Shown piece after piece: positions 54,311-64,000 of a stretch of 64,000 nt of DNA. This stretch comes from an uncultured delta proteobacterium. GTDB lineage: Bacteria; Myxococcota; Myxococcia; Myxococcales; Anaeromyxobacteraceae. Where the stretch lies: NCBI GenBank assembly GCA_963845515.1, contig CAWJSR010000010.1, positions 32,001 to 96,000 on the forward strand, read 5' to 3'. Every line of letters begins with the position of its first letter. The first letter of the stretch is position 1. A model generated the notes under the pieces. The model made no database searches. It saw only the letters and a program-made list of their open reading frames with translations, and was not told where the DNA came from. The position numbers and the translations under genes were made by a program.

Positions 54311-56110
54311 TCACTCGACCGTCTCGCAGCTCGCCCAGCCGCACGAAGCGCAGGTCGCGCAGCCCCCGCTCCGCGCCACGGGCGCGCCGCACTGCGGGCA
54401 GAGGTCGCCGTTGGCGACCGTCCCGCCGCGCAGCACCTGCCGGTCCCTGGAGCCGTCGCGGTAGACGGTGATCCCCTTGCAGCCCAGCTCGAAGGCGAGC
54501 TGGAAGGCTGCCGCCACGTCCTGCCGCGAGGCGTCTCGGGAGAGGTTCACGGTCTTCGAGACGCCGTTGTCGGTGTGGCGCTGGAAGGCCGCCTGCATCC
54601 GCACGTGCCCCTCGGGGGCGACGTCGTGCGCGGTCGCGAAGAGGCGCGAGACCGGCTCCGGCACGCCAGCGGTCCCGCGGGCGCGCCCGGTGGCCCGGAT
54701 GGCCGCCAGCGCGCCATCGACCTGTCCCGCCGGCGCGTGCGCGCGGAGCGCCCCCTCCAGCAGCGGATGCTCCTCACGAAGCTCGGCGTCGTCGAGCGCC
54801 CGGCGCGTCCAGGCCACCGCGTAGAGCGGCTCGATCCCGGAGGAGCAGCCCGCGATCAGCGCCAGCGTCCCGGTCGGCGCGATGGTGGTGACCGTGGCGT
54901 TGCGCCGGGCCGGCAGGCCACGCCGCGCGAGCGCGCTCGTCGAAAAGCCCGGGAAGGGGCCGCGCTCCTTCGCGAGCGCCTCGCTGGTGGCGTGCGCCTC
55001 CTTCGTCACGAAGGCCATCACCTCGTCGCCGAGCGCGAGGGCCGCTGGCGAGTCGTAGGGGAGGCCGGCCGCGATGAGCAGGTCGGCCCAGCCCATCACG
55101 CCGAGCCCGATCTTCCGGTTTCGGTGCGAGATCTCCGCGATCTGCGGCAGCGGCCAGCCGTTCACCTCCAGCACGTCGTCGAGGAAGCGGACCCCGTCGC
55201 GGACGCACGCCGCGAGCCCCTCCCAGTCCACGCCTCCCCCGCGCCCGAAGCGCGAGAGGTTGACCGAGCCGAGCGTGCAGGCCTCGAAGGGCAGCAGGGG
55301 CTGCTCGCCGCATGGGTTCACGGCCTCGAAGGCGCCGGCGTCCGGCGTCGGGTTCTGGGCCTCGACCCGATCCATGAAGACGAGCCCCGGCTCGCCGGAC
55401 GCCCACGCGGCGTCGGCGATCTCGTCGAGGAGCAGCCCGGCGTCCACCTCGCGAACGGTCGCGCCCGTCCTCGGGTGCAGCAGGGGCCACGTCGCGCCGC
55501 GGGCAGCCGCCGCGAAGAGCGCGTCGGGGGCGGCCACCGAGACGTTGAAGTTCTCGAGCCCCGGGCCGCGCTTTGCCCGGACGAAGTCGAGCACGTCGGG
55601 GTGGTCGGCGCGCAGCACCGCCATGTTGGCGCCGCGCCGGACGCCCCCCTGCTTGATGGTCTCGGTCGCGGCGTCGAAGACGCGCATGAAGGAGACCGGG
55701 CCGCTCGCGACGCCGTGGGTCGTCTTCACGACGTCGCCGCGGGGGCGGAGGCGCGAGAACGAGAAGCCAGTCCCGCCGCCCGACTGGTGGATGAGCGCCG
55801 CCCACTTCAGGGCGTCGAAGATGGAGCCCAGGTCGTCGTCGACCGGCAGGACGAAGCAGGCGGCGAGCTGACCGCGATCCCGGCCGGCGTTCATCAGCGT
55901 CGGCGAGTTGGGGAGGAACTCGAGCGAGGCCATCCTGGCCTCGAACCGCTCCGCCGTCGCGGCCCGCAGGCCGTGCGGCTCCGCCAGCGCGACGGCCCTC
56001 GCCACGCGCCGGAAGAGCTCCGCTGGAGCCTCCATCGGCTGCCCGTCCTCGCCCTTCAGCAGATAACGCCGGGAGAGGACCGCTACCGCGCTCGCGCCGA
56101 GTGTGACCAT
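54311..56110 (-). CDS. nrdJ: Adenosylcobalamin-dependent (class II) ribonucleotide reductase, compact form with C-terminal zinc ribbon
   Basis: FLPNSPTLMNAG, QLAACFVL, GGGTG, RRGANM, NPCGEQPL, CTLGSVNL, TIAPTGT, KGITVYRDGSR. Confidence 0.93.
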   Translation of the reverse strand: MVTLGASAVAVLSRRYLLKGEDGQPMEAPAELFRRVARAVALAEPHGLRAATAERFEARMASLEFLPNSPTLMNAGRDRGQLAACFVLPVDDDLGSIFDALKWAALIHQSGGGTGFSFSRLRPRGDVVKTTHGVASGPVSFMRVFDAATETIKQGGVRRGANMAVLRADHPDVLDFVRAKRGPGLENFNVSVAAPDALFAAAARGATWPLLHPRTGATVREVDAGLLLDEIADAAWASGEPGLVFMDRVEAQNPTPDAGAFEAVNPCGEQPLLPFEACTLGSVNLSRFGRGGGVDWEGLAACVRDGVRFLDDVLEVNGWPLPQIAEISHRNRKIGLGVMGWADLLIAAGLPYDSPAALALGDEVMAFVTKEAHATSEALAKERGPFPGFSTSALARRGLPARRNATVTTIAPTGTLALIAGCSSGIEPLYAVAWTRRALDDAELREEHPLLEGALRAHAPAGQVDGALAAIRATGRARGTAGVPEPVSRLFATAHDVAPEGHVRMQAAFQRHTDNGVSKTVNLSRDASRQDVAAAFQLAFELGCKGITVYRDGSRDRQVLRGGTVANGDLCPQCGAPVARSGGCATCASCGWASCETVE

Positions 56111-56236
56111 CCATACAAGGCTAATCCTTCCGCGCGGCGCGAGCACGCCGGCGTGGTGAGGGTGGCCCACTGGGGCGGTCAGGCCAGCGCTCACGGGGCG
56201 CTTGTGCGCCGCGCCGCCGCTGCGTACAACCTGACG

Positions 56237-56941
56237 ATGACCCGGACCGCACGAACCCTCGCACTGGCCGTCGCATTCGCGTCGCTCGCCGCATGCTCCC
56301 CGCGGGTGGTCATCCCCGACGAGGAGCGGCTGCGCATCTCCGAGGAGCTGGACGGCCGCGCGCGCTACCTGCGCGTCGCGACCTTCGCGGCCCCCTTCTT
56401 CGGCGACTCGTCGCGCTACCTCCTGACCGACCAGCCCGTCGACGAGGTCCAGCTGCTCGAGTCCGCGAGCGGCGAGAAGATCCCGCCTCCGCCCTCGGAG
56501 CGCGTCTTTCCACCGGGGACCCGGGTCCGGATCCGCACGGTCGAGTTCCCCACCGCGTGGCTCATCGCGAAGCGGATCGTGATGACGCCCCGCTACCACC
56601 CGTGGGCGATCGTCGACGTGGAGGGCGAGAGGCGCCCCGCCGTCATCGTCCTGCCCCAGGAGTCGGCCCGGCTGGAGGACGTCAGGACGGAGCTCGACCG
56701 CATCCTGTCGATCGACGACCCCACGCCCGAGCTCCAGGCGCTGCCGCGCGATCAGCAGGACGCGATCCGGCGCAAGGAGCTCGTCGAGGGCATGACCGCG
56801 CGCTCCGTCGAGCTCTCGTGGGGCCAGCCCGAGAAGCGGCGCATCGACCGGCCGGCGGGCACCGAGGACTGGAGCTGGCCGGGCTCGCGCCGCGCCGCCC
56901 ATTTCAAGGAGGATCGGCTGGTCCGCTGGGAGAAGAAGTAG
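56237..56941 (+). CDS. Hypothetical lipoprotein
   Basis: Lipobox LAAC; C-terminal GMT...V.LSWG.P BamE/SmpA-like motif. Confidence 0.75.
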   Translation: MTRTARTLALAVAFASLAACSPRVVIPDEERLRISEELDGRARYLRVATFAAPFFGDSSRYLLTDQPVDEVQLLESASGEKIPPPPSERVFPPGTRVRIRTVEFPTAWLIAKRIVMTPRYHPWAIVDVEGERRPAVIVLPQESARLEDVRTELDRILSIDDPTPELQALPRDQQDAIRRKELVEGMTARSVELSWGQPEKRRIDRPAGTEDWSWPGSRRAAHFKEDRLVRWEKK

Positions 56942-56947
56942 GGCTGC

Positions 56948-57065
56948 GAGCGCCGATCCTCTCGCTGCGGCGGGCGGCCTCGTCGCGGCGCTGCTCGGCG
57001 TACGAAGAAGTACGCCTGCGCTGCTCGCTCCTCGGGGCGCCCGCCTCGCTTCGGTCTCGGCGCTC
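56948..57065. repeat. Long imperfect palindrome (MITE/REP-like) between convergent genes
   Basis: Nested inverted repeats GAGCGCCGA/TCGGCGCTC, GGCGGGCG/CGCCCGCC and GGCGTAC-gaagaa-GTACGCC. Confidence 0.7.
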
Positions 57066-57085
57066 TCGCCGACGGATCCGGGGCG

Positions 57086-57856
57086 CTAGCGGGGGCCGCG
57101 GCGGGTTGGGCCGCGCCCGCCGTGCCGCTCGCCGCCGCGGCGGTCGCTGCGGCCGCCGCGCTCGTTCCGGTCCCGCCGCGGCGGCCGGCGCTCATCGCGC
57201 TCGGGCCGATCGCCCTTCCCCGGCTCGACGCCGATGGCCACCGAGTAGACTGTCGCGGCCCTGATCTGGGCCACCACGTCGGCCTCGGTCCTCACGATGT
57301 CGCGGAAGAGCGTCGCCGCCCCGCCGATCTCGTCGAGCGACGCGTGCGCGTCCGAGCCCGCGATGCAGGGCAGGTTCATGTGATCGGCCGCCTCGACGGC
57401 GAGGTCGTTGGCCGACGCCTTGCGCCGCCCGTTGAGCCCCTCGATCGCCGAGAGGCCGTCGAGCGTGAAGATGAAGTCACCGCTGGGACGCTCGATCGAC
57501 TTGTCGTATGGGTGCGCCGCGACCGCGACGCCCCCGAGGTCGCGAACCTTCTGGAGCACGTCGCCCACCGGCCACGGCGTCGCGCTGCCGAAGATCTGGG
57601 GCGGGGCCGGGATCTTCGCCGGGTCCGGGAAGAAGCAGAGGTAATGTCCGCGATCCGTCGCGATCTCGACGCCGGCCAGGGCGAGGATCCCCTCCGCGCG
57701 CCCGGCCGCGCGGATCTCCTCGAGCCCGTCCAGCGTGTTCAGGTCGGTGAAGGCGACGCCGTCGAGCCCAGCCTCCTTCGCGCGCCGGAGGACGTCGCGC
57801 GGCGCGAGCGTGCACCCTCGCGTGTGATGGCTGTGGACGTGGAGGTCGATGAGCAT
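57086..57856 (-). CDS. PHP domain metal-dependent hydrolase with Arg/Gly-rich tail
   Basis: DLHVHS, GVEI...GH, AAHPY, IEGLNG, GSDAH. Confidence 0.9.
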   Translation of the reverse strand: MLIDLHVHSHHTRGCTLAPRDVLRRAKEAGLDGVAFTDLNTLDGLEEIRAAGRAEGILALAGVEIATDRGHYLCFFPDPAKIPAPPQIFGSATPWPVGDVLQKVRDLGGVAVAAHPYDKSIERPSGDFIFTLDGLSAIEGLNGRRKASANDLAVEAADHMNLPCIAGSDAHASLDEIGGAATLFRDIVRTEADVVAQIRAATVYSVAIGVEPGKGDRPERDERRPPRRDRNERGGRSDRRGGERHGGRGPTRRGPR

Positions 57857-58014
57857 TCGGGCCCCGTGGCGATCTTGAGGCGCCGGTGATTACCACGGCG
57901 CCGGATCGAGGGGAAGCGCCGGGCCGCTTGTTTGACTCCCTTTAACCCCTCGGCAATACTCCCGTTTCAGCGATCGCGTCGAGGGCGGCGTGTTCGGGCA
58001 CTGAGGAGATCGCG

Positions 58015-58200
58015 ATGCATTTCACCGGGGTGAAGGTCTTCTCGGCGACCAAGGCGAAGGAGCGCGAGGAGCTCGGCGAGGTGATCACGCGCTGGCTCAA
58101 GGCGAACGCCGACCTCGAGGTGGTGGACAAGGTCGTCTCCCAGTCTTCCGACAACGAGTTCCACTGCCTCTCGATCGTCCTGTTCTTCCGTCCCAAGTAG
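58015..58200 (+). CDS. Small conserved-looking hypothetical protein (61 aa)
   Basis: MHFTGVKVFSATKAKEREELGEVITRWL...SQSSDNEFHCLSIVLF; GAGGAG RBS; TTGACT-N17-AATACT promoter-like sequence upstream. Confidence 0.8.
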   Translation: MHFTGVKVFSATKAKEREELGEVITRWLKANADLEVVDKVVSQSSDNEFHCLSIVLFFRPK

Positions 58201-58308
58201 GCGGGACGTACCGGGCCACTCACCGAGGCGTGCCGCCCCGCTCCACCGTGCGGGTGCCCCTCCGTCGTGGTGTTCGCGCCGGCGCTGACGGCGTGATAAC
58301 AGGGGCGC

Positions 58309-59787
58309 ATGAAGCTCAAGCAGCGTCCGGAAGACTTCGTCGTCACCGAGTCCTGGCGATTCGACGAGGATCCCGCAGGCGAGCACTACGTCTACTTGAT
58401 GGACAAGCAGAAGCTGACCACCTTCGACGCGGTGGATCGCATCTGCGCGCGCTTCAAGATCCAGCACGCCAAGGTCAGCTACTGCGGGCTCAAGGACAAG
58501 CAGGGGCGCACCACCCAGCTCGTGGCGGTCCGCGGTCAGCAGATCGACATGCAGGACCCCGACCTGAGGCTCAAGTTCCTCGGCCGGAGCGCGACGCCGC
58601 TCACCGCGGAGAACACGACCTCCAACCGCTTCGCGGTGACGGTCCGCGACCTCAGCGAGGAGGACCTCGCGAAGCTCTCCGGGGCCGTCGCCGAGGTCCA
58701 CCGGCTCGGCGTGGTGAACTACTTCGACTCGCAGCGCTTCGGCGCGCTGAAGCACGGTCAGGGGTTCGTGGCGAAGGAGTTCCTGCGCGGCGACTTCGAG
58801 ACCGCGCTGCGAAACCTGATCGCCCACCCGAGCGAGCTGGACCAGACCGACGACGCGCGCGTGAAGGGTTTCTGGAAGGAGCACTGGGGCGACTGGGAGC
58901 GGCGCAACCCGTTCCAGGGCGCAGAGAAGTACCGCCGGATCATCAAGTACCTCGCCGGCCACCCCGGGGACTTCCGCGGCGCCATCCTCCGGACCGAGCC
59001 GCGCTGGCGCGCCCTGCAGGTCTTCGCCTACCAGAGCTGGCTCTGGAACGAGGGGGCGAAGGCGTACCTGAAGGACGTCGTGGGGATCACGCGGCTCGTG
59101 CCGGTCCGGTACCAGGTCGGCGTGCTCCTCTTCCCCCGCGAGCTCGACTCCGAGACCGCCGACCTCCTCCGCCACAAGACCTTCCCGCTCCTCGCCCCGG
59201 ACTCGAAGTTCGACGACGAGAAGGTGAAGCGCGCCGCGATGGCGGTCATGAAGCGGGACGACATGACGCTCGCGAGCCTGCGGGTCCCCAACACGCCCGA
59301 GATCCACTTCGACCACGAGGAGCGGCCGCTGTTCGTCCAGCCGGGCCGGCTCACCGTCGGCGCCCCTCAGCGGGACGAGCTCAACCAGGGGCGCTCCCGG
59401 GTAAACGTCGCGTTCACCCTCCCGCCAGGCGCCTACGCGACCCTGGTGGTCAAGCGGCTCTTCCACTGGACGCTGGAGCCGCGCAACGCCTCGCACCGCG
59501 CGAGGCGTGAGGCCGACGAGGCCACGCGGCTGGAGCGGTTGGCGCGCCTGGATCGACGCGAAGCTGGCGTCAGCGCGGCGCGCAAGTCACCGCTGCTCGC
59601 GCCGTCGGGTACCGCACCGGTCGCGGCACCGGAAGGGGCCGCCGCGCCCGAGCCCGCACCCGTCGATCCCCGCCAGACGGGCTTCCGGGCGAAGCAGAAG
59701 GCGAAGCGAGCCGCGCGCGAGACGGCGCGGGCCAAGGCGCCGAGGAAGCCGCCCGCCAGGCGGAAGCCCGCGAAGAAGCGGCGCTAA
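58309..59787 (+). CDS. truD: tRNA pseudouridine(13) synthase
   Basis: KQRPEDFVVTE, YCGLKDK, NYFDSQRFG, FAYQSWLWN, FTLPPGAYAT. Confidence 0.95.
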   Translation: MKLKQRPEDFVVTESWRFDEDPAGEHYVYLMDKQKLTTFDAVDRICARFKIQHAKVSYCGLKDKQGRTTQLVAVRGQQIDMQDPDLRLKFLGRSATPLTAENTTSNRFAVTVRDLSEEDLAKLSGAVAEVHRLGVVNYFDSQRFGALKHGQGFVAKEFLRGDFETALRNLIAHPSELDQTDDARVKGFWKEHWGDWERRNPFQGAEKYRRIIKYLAGHPGDFRGAILRTEPRWRALQVFAYQSWLWNEGAKAYLKDVVGITRLVPVRYQVGVLLFPRELDSETADLLRHKTFPLLAPDSKFDDEKVKRAAMAVMKRDDMTLASLRVPNTPEIHFDHEERPLFVQPGRLTVGAPQRDELNQGRSRVNVAFTLPPGAYATLVVKRLFHWTLEPRNASHRARREADEATRLERLARLDRREAGVSAARKSPLLAPSGTAPVAAPEGAAAPEPAPVDPRQTGFRAKQKAKRAARETARAKAPRKPPARRKPAKKRR

Positions 59788-60545
59788 GCCGGCACCACGT
59801 ACCACTGCCCCTTCGCGCCCTGCTCCCGGCGCATGAGCCCCTCCTTCTCCATCTCCTCCAGCAGCCGGGAGAAGGTCGAGAAGCCGTGGTCGCGCTCGTC
59901 GAAGTCGGGCTCGCGCCGGACGATGGCGGCCTTTATGGCCGACGGGTTCACCGGCGCGGTGGCGCCGGCGAGGATCGCCGCGAGCGCCTCGCGGGCGACC
60001 TCCGGCACCGCCTTCGCCTTGGCCTTCTCCTTCTCCTCCTTCTTCTCCGCCCCGCCGCCGGCGTGGCGCCGCGGGCTGCCCGGCGCGCGGAGGTAGATGA
60101 ACTCGTCGCAGCTCTTCACGAAGAGCTGGCTCGTCGCCTCCTTCACGGCCATCCCGATCACCATCCGGTCGTTCTCCCGCAGCTTGGAGGCCAGCGGGCA
60201 GAAGTCGGAGTCGCCGGAGGCGATGACGAAGGTGTCGATGTGCTCGCGCAGGTAGCAGAGCTCGAGCGCGTCGATCACTAGCCGGACGTCGGCGCCGTTC
60301 TTCCCCGCACGGGTCGAGGGCGGCACGTCGATCAGCTCGACGCCGTGATCGTGGAGTCGCTGCGTCGAGGGCGCGAAGCGGGTCCAGTCGGCGTACGCGC
60401 GCCTGAAGACGATCTTCCCCTTGGACAGGAGGGCGTCGACGGCGGGCTGGAGGTCGAACTTGTCGGCGTCGATGCCGGTCCGGGTGACCAGGTTCTCGAA
60501 GTCGATGAAGAGTGCGATGCGCTGGTCGTTGGTGTCGTGCTTCAT
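59784..60545 (-). CDS. NYN domain protein with C-terminal OST-HTH/LOTUS domain
   Basis: IALFIDFEN, RAYADW, GKNGAD, SGDSDFCPL, CDEFIY; PDFDERDHGFSTFSRLL. Confidence 0.92.
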   Translation of the reverse strand: MKHDTNDQRIALFIDFENLVTRTGIDADKFDLQPAVDALLSKGKIVFRRAYADWTRFAPSTQRLHDHGVELIDVPPSTRAGKNGADVRLVIDALELCYLREHIDTFVIASGDSDFCPLASKLRENDRMVIGMAVKEATSQLFVKSCDEFIYLRAPGSPRRHAGGGAEKKEEKEKAKAKAVPEVAREALAAILAGATAPVNPSAIKAAIVRREPDFDERDHGFSTFSRLLEEMEKEGLMRREQGAKGQWYVVPA

Positions 60546-60614
60546 TGGTACCTCGCCGGCCTAGATGACCGGATCGGGCGCAAACTGACAGGAATGTCAC
60601 ACATCCGCAAGGCG

Positions 60615-61394
60615 CTACCGGGGCCCCAGGCGCGCCGCGATCGCGTCGGCGAGCGCTGGAGCCGTGTACTCCGCCGGCGTCGCGCCCGCCTCGAAGCCCT
60701 CGTCGCGCAGCGCGCCCGCGGTGGTCGGACCTATGGCAGCGAGGAGCACCGCGCGCAGCGCCTCGCGCTCCGACCCGAGCGCGCCGGTCACCGCCTTCAC
60801 CGCCGACGGGGAGGCGAAGGTCACGGCGTCGACCTCGCCGCGGACGATCCAGCCCGCGAGGGCCCTGAGCGTCCCGGCAGGCGCCGGCACGGTCCGGTAG
60901 GCGTCCGGCGCCGTCAGGATCGCACCCGCCGCCGCGAGCCCGCGTGGCAGCTCGGGGCGACCGTCCGCAGCGCGCGGCAGCAGCACCCTCGCGCCGCGCA
61001 CGCTGGGCGCGAGCTCGGCGGCGAGCGCCTCCCCCTTCGCCTCACCAGGCACGAGGTCGGGGGCGCGGACGTCGCGTGTCAGGCGCCGGGCCGTCGCGGG
61101 ACCGACCGCCGCCAGCCTGCGGGCGGCGAGCGCCGCGACGGGGACTCCGAGCGCAGCCATCCGCTCCAACGTCCTCTCGACGCCGTTGCCGCTCGCGAAG
61201 ACGACCCAGTCGAAGCCGTCGAGTCCGCGCAGCGCCGCGTCGAGCGGCCCCCAGGACTCCGGGGGACCGGCGACGATGGAGGGCAGCTCCCGGACGGTCG
61301 CCCCGAGGGCGCGCAGCCTGTCCCCGAGCGCGTCGGCATCGCCGTTGCCGCGCGTGACGACGACGGTGCGGCCGTCGAGGCGGGGCGCCGCCAT
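60615..61394 (-). CDS. hemD: Uroporphyrinogen-III synthase
   Basis: VVVTR, DWVVFASGNGV, AVGPATA, AYRT, TFASPSAV, AIGPTT. Confidence 0.93.
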   Translation of the reverse strand: MAAPRLDGRTVVVTRGNGDADALGDRLRALGATVRELPSIVAGPPESWGPLDAALRGLDGFDWVVFASGNGVERTLERMAALGVPVAALAARRLAAVGPATARRLTRDVRAPDLVPGEAKGEALAAELAPSVRGARVLLPRAADGRPELPRGLAAAGAILTAPDAYRTVPAPAGTLRALAGWIVRGEVDAVTFASPSAVKAVTGALGSEREALRAVLLAAIGPTTAGALRDEGFEAGATPAEYTAPALADAIAARLGPR

Positions 61395-61396
61395 GG

Positions 61397-62338
61397 CTAC
61401 CGCTTCGGCGCGGCGAGGCTGGGCGCGCGCCCCTCGGTCTCCTTGAGGATCTCGGCGGCGCCGCGCGAGAGCAGCTCCTCGGCGACCTCGACCCCCATGG
61501 CGTGCGCCTGCGAGGTCGGACCGCGCCGCTCGGCGCGGATGATCCGCGTCCCGTCGAGCGAGGCGACGAGCGCACGCAGCAGCAGCTGCCCGCCCTCGAG
61601 CGTCGCGTGGCCGGCGATCGGGACCTGGCACCCACCCTCGATCCGCGCGAGGAAGCCGCGCTCGGCCTCGATCCGCCAGCGGGTCTCGGGATCCTCCAGC
61701 GCGGCGAGCCGCTTCAGCGTCGCGGCGTCGTCTGCGCGCGCCTCGAGCGCGAGGGCGCCCTGCGCGACCGCCGGGAGCATCTCCTCGGGCGAGAAGACGT
61801 ACGTCGCGCGGTCGCCGAGCCCGAGCCGCCGGAGGCCGGCATAGGCGAGGACCACCGCGTCGAGCTCCTCGGAGGCCTTCCTGAGCCGCGTCTCGACGTT
61901 CCCGCGCACGACCTCGAGTCGGAGGTCGGGTCGGATCGCCTTGAGCTGGGCCGAGCGCCGAAGGCTCGAGGTGCCCACGCGCGCCCCCTTCGGCAGCTTG
62001 TCCAGGGTCTTGAACTTCGGCGAGCAGAGGGCGTCGCGCGGGTCCTCGCGGACCGGCACCGACGCGAGCACGAGCCCGGGCGCGAGGAGCGCCGGGAGGT
62101 CCTTCATCGAGTGGACGGCGATCTCGGCCTCCCGGTTCAGGAGCGCGTCCTCGATCTCCTTGACGAAGAGCCCCTTCCCGCCGACCTCGGCGAGCGGGAC
62201 CTCCAGGATCTTGTCGCCTCGGGTCATCAGCTCGTGGAGCACCACCTCGACCCCCGGCTCGCGGGCCATGAGGAGGTCCCGGACGTGGTTCGCCTGCCAC
62301 TTGGCGAGGGGGCTGCGGCGCGTCGCGATGCGGATCAT
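61397..62338 (-). CDS. hemC: Hydroxymethylbilane synthase
   Basis: IATRRSPLAKWQA, GGKGLFVKE, AVHSMKD, GTSSLRR, RGNVETRL, GGCQVPI. Confidence 0.98.
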   Translation of the reverse strand: MIRIATRRSPLAKWQANHVRDLLMAREPGVEVVLHELMTRGDKILEVPLAEVGGKGLFVKEIEDALLNREAEIAVHSMKDLPALLAPGLVLASVPVREDPRDALCSPKFKTLDKLPKGARVGTSSLRRSAQLKAIRPDLRLEVVRGNVETRLRKASEELDAVVLAYAGLRRLGLGDRATYVFSPEEMLPAVAQGALALEARADDAATLKRLAALEDPETRWRIEAERGFLARIEGGCQVPIAGHATLEGGQLLLRALVASLDGTRIIRAERRGPTSQAHAMGVEVAEELLSRGAAEILKETEGRAPSLAAPKR

Positions 62339-63656
62339 CTATCTCTTCTCCGATGCGGCCGCCCGCGCCGCGCCGGTCCCCGACCGTTCGCGCTGCGCCT
62401 GCGGCTCGTCCTTGATTCCAAAGAGCTCCGCCACGACGCCGGGGAGCGCCGAGTCGCCGTTCGACGCGGCCTCCTTGAGCCGCGCCGTCGGGAGGTGGAG
62501 CAGCTTGTTCACGATGGCCTGCGCCATGGCCTCGACGCTCTCGCGCCCGCGGTCGTCGAGCTTCTCGCCCACGCGGGCGAGCGTCCGCTCGACCTCGTGC
62601 GCGGCGATCTCGGCCGCCCGCCGCCGGAGGGTGATCATGACCGGGAGCGCGGCGCGCGCCTCCCGCTCCTTCGCGAAGGCGATCGCCTCTGCCTCGACGA
62701 TCGTCTCGGCGCGCTGCGCCTCGCCGCGGCGCGCCTCATGGGTCGACGAGATCACCTTGTCGAGGTCGTCGATGTCGTACGCGTAGATGTCCTCGAGCTC
62801 CGAGCACGCAGGATCGATGTTGCGCGGGACGGCGAGGTCGATGAGGCAGAGCGAGCGGTGCCTGCGCGCCTTGAGAGTCCGCTTGACGAGGTCCTTCGTG
62901 ACGACGTAGTGCGGCGCGCCGGTCGAGACGATCGCGACCGCCGCCTCGGAGAGGAGCGTCTCCAGCTCGTCCCAGGGACGGAAGACGCCGCCGACGTCGG
63001 TGGCGAGATCCTGGCCGCGCTCCGCCGAGCGGTTGGTCACGACGATCCGGTCGGCGCCGAGCACCTCGAGCGCCTTGGCCGAGAGCGCGCCCATCTTCCC
63101 GGCGCCGACGAGCAGCACCATCCGCCCCTTGAGATCGCCGAAGATCTTGGCGACGAGGTCGACCGCCACCTGGGAGGCGCTCGTCATCCCCTTGCCGATC
63201 TCCGTCTCGGTCCGCACGCGCTTCGCGGTCGCGAAGGCCTTGTTGCAGCAGGCGCGAGACGTACGAGCCGGCCGCCCCGGACGCGCTGGCGATCCCGTAG
63301 GCCTCCTTCACCTGCCCGAGGATCTGCTGCTCCCCGACGACGAGCGAGTCGAGGCTGGCCGCGACGGTGAAGAGGTGCCGGATGGCCTCCTGCCCGTGCT
63401 TCTCGTAGAGGTGGCCGGCGGCGCCGGGGGAGCGCTTGGTGAAGAACTCCTGCGCGCGGCACTCCGACCGACCGAACGTGTAGACCTCGACCCGGTTGCA
63501 GGTGGAGATCACGAAGGCCTCCGAGACGTCGTCGCAGCTGCGCAGCTCGACGAGCGCGTCCTTCAGGGCGTCCCCGGTGAGGGCCACCTTCTCGCGCACC
63601 TCGATGGGCGCGCTCTTGTGCGACAGGCCGACCAGGTGAAGCTCGCGATCGCTCAC
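62339..63656 (-). CDS. hemA: Glutamyl-tRNA reductase (frameshift near 63248)
   Basis: [56 protein letters not shown]. Confidence 0.96.
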
Positions 63657-64000
63657 TTGTACGTGCCTCCGTGCCGGCTCCCCGAGACGAACCCGATGCC
63701 GACGAAAGACAGGAAGACGATGGCGAAGCCAATCAGCGTGAGGTAGGCGTTCCGGCGGCCGTGCCAGCCGGAGCGCCGCAGCTGGATGATAGCGCCGTAG
63801 AGGAGCCAGGCGGCGAGCGAGAAGATCTGCTTCTGGTCCCACTCCCAGGCGCGGCCCCACGCGTGGTGGGCGAAGATGGCGCCGGTCACGAGCGCCACGG
63901 TGAAGATGACGAAGCCGATCCTCACGAGCCGGTGATTGAGCCGATCGAGCGACTCGAGCGGCGGGAGGCGCGAGAAGAGCGCGCCGAACTTCTTCCCCTT
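63653..64000 (-). CDS. ccsA: Cytochrome c assembly / HemX-like membrane protein, 3' part
   Basis: [19 protein letters not shown]...WG..WEWDQKQ (WWD-like), GWHGRR; directly upstream of hemA. Confidence 0.85.
   Translation of the reverse strand, partial: KGKKFGALFSRLPPLESLDRLNHRLVRIGFVIFTVALVTGAIFAHHAWGRAWEWDQKQIFSLAAWLLYGAIIQLRRSGWHGRRNAYLTLIGFAIVFLSFVGIGFVSGSRHGGTYK

Noticed and set aside
56111..56236. Cobalamin riboswitch or NrdR box upstream of nrdJ
   Set aside because: The intergenic space is short and shared with a divergent gene; no B12-box or NrdR consensus was recognised.

Overview
The window joins two unrelated genomes at about position 16,511. Bases 1-16,511 look like Chloroflexota (Anaerolineae-like) housekeeping DNA. 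They carry the 3' end of groEL, a dtxR-feoA-feoB-feoC iron-uptake operon with a perfect 36-bp operator palindrome, a LysM protein, mpg, a cDPG-synthase-like GTPase, nusB/asp23/rpmF/coaD/recG, the fatty-acid kinase pair (DegV and DAK2), and rpmB cut off after 20 codons. Bases 16,512-64,000 are markedly more GC-rich, Anaeromyxobacter-like (Myxococcota) DNA. This part carries a partial radical SAM gene ending in WFC-TGA-AEP with a clear bacterial SECIS hairpin (selenoprotein), an HNH endonuclease gene, an ATP-grasp gene, tRNA-Ala(GGC), hemB, lptFG, purE/D/H, glgX-treZ/treY, a MerR-like plus Cys-rich sigma-region-4-only regulator pair, a Ser/Thr kinase, an apparently secreted TldD, a CHASE2 adenylate cyclase-SH3-M48 peptidase operon, proC, a diheme lipoprotein, nrdJ, truD, a NYN protein and ccsA-hemA-hemC-hemD. 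Many genes in both parts, including housekeeping genes, carry small frameshifts; these are most likely uncorrected long-read indels rather than pseudogenes. The strongest leads are (1) the cyclase operon, whose CHASE2 sensor appears to contain an inserted SPOR-like peptidoglycan-binding domain, (2) the Sec-tailed radical SAM / ATP-grasp locus interrupted by an HNH element, (3) the MerR / sigma-4-only module, and (4) an unannotated 36-aa basic protein. All family assignments come from motif recognition by eye; no database searches were run.
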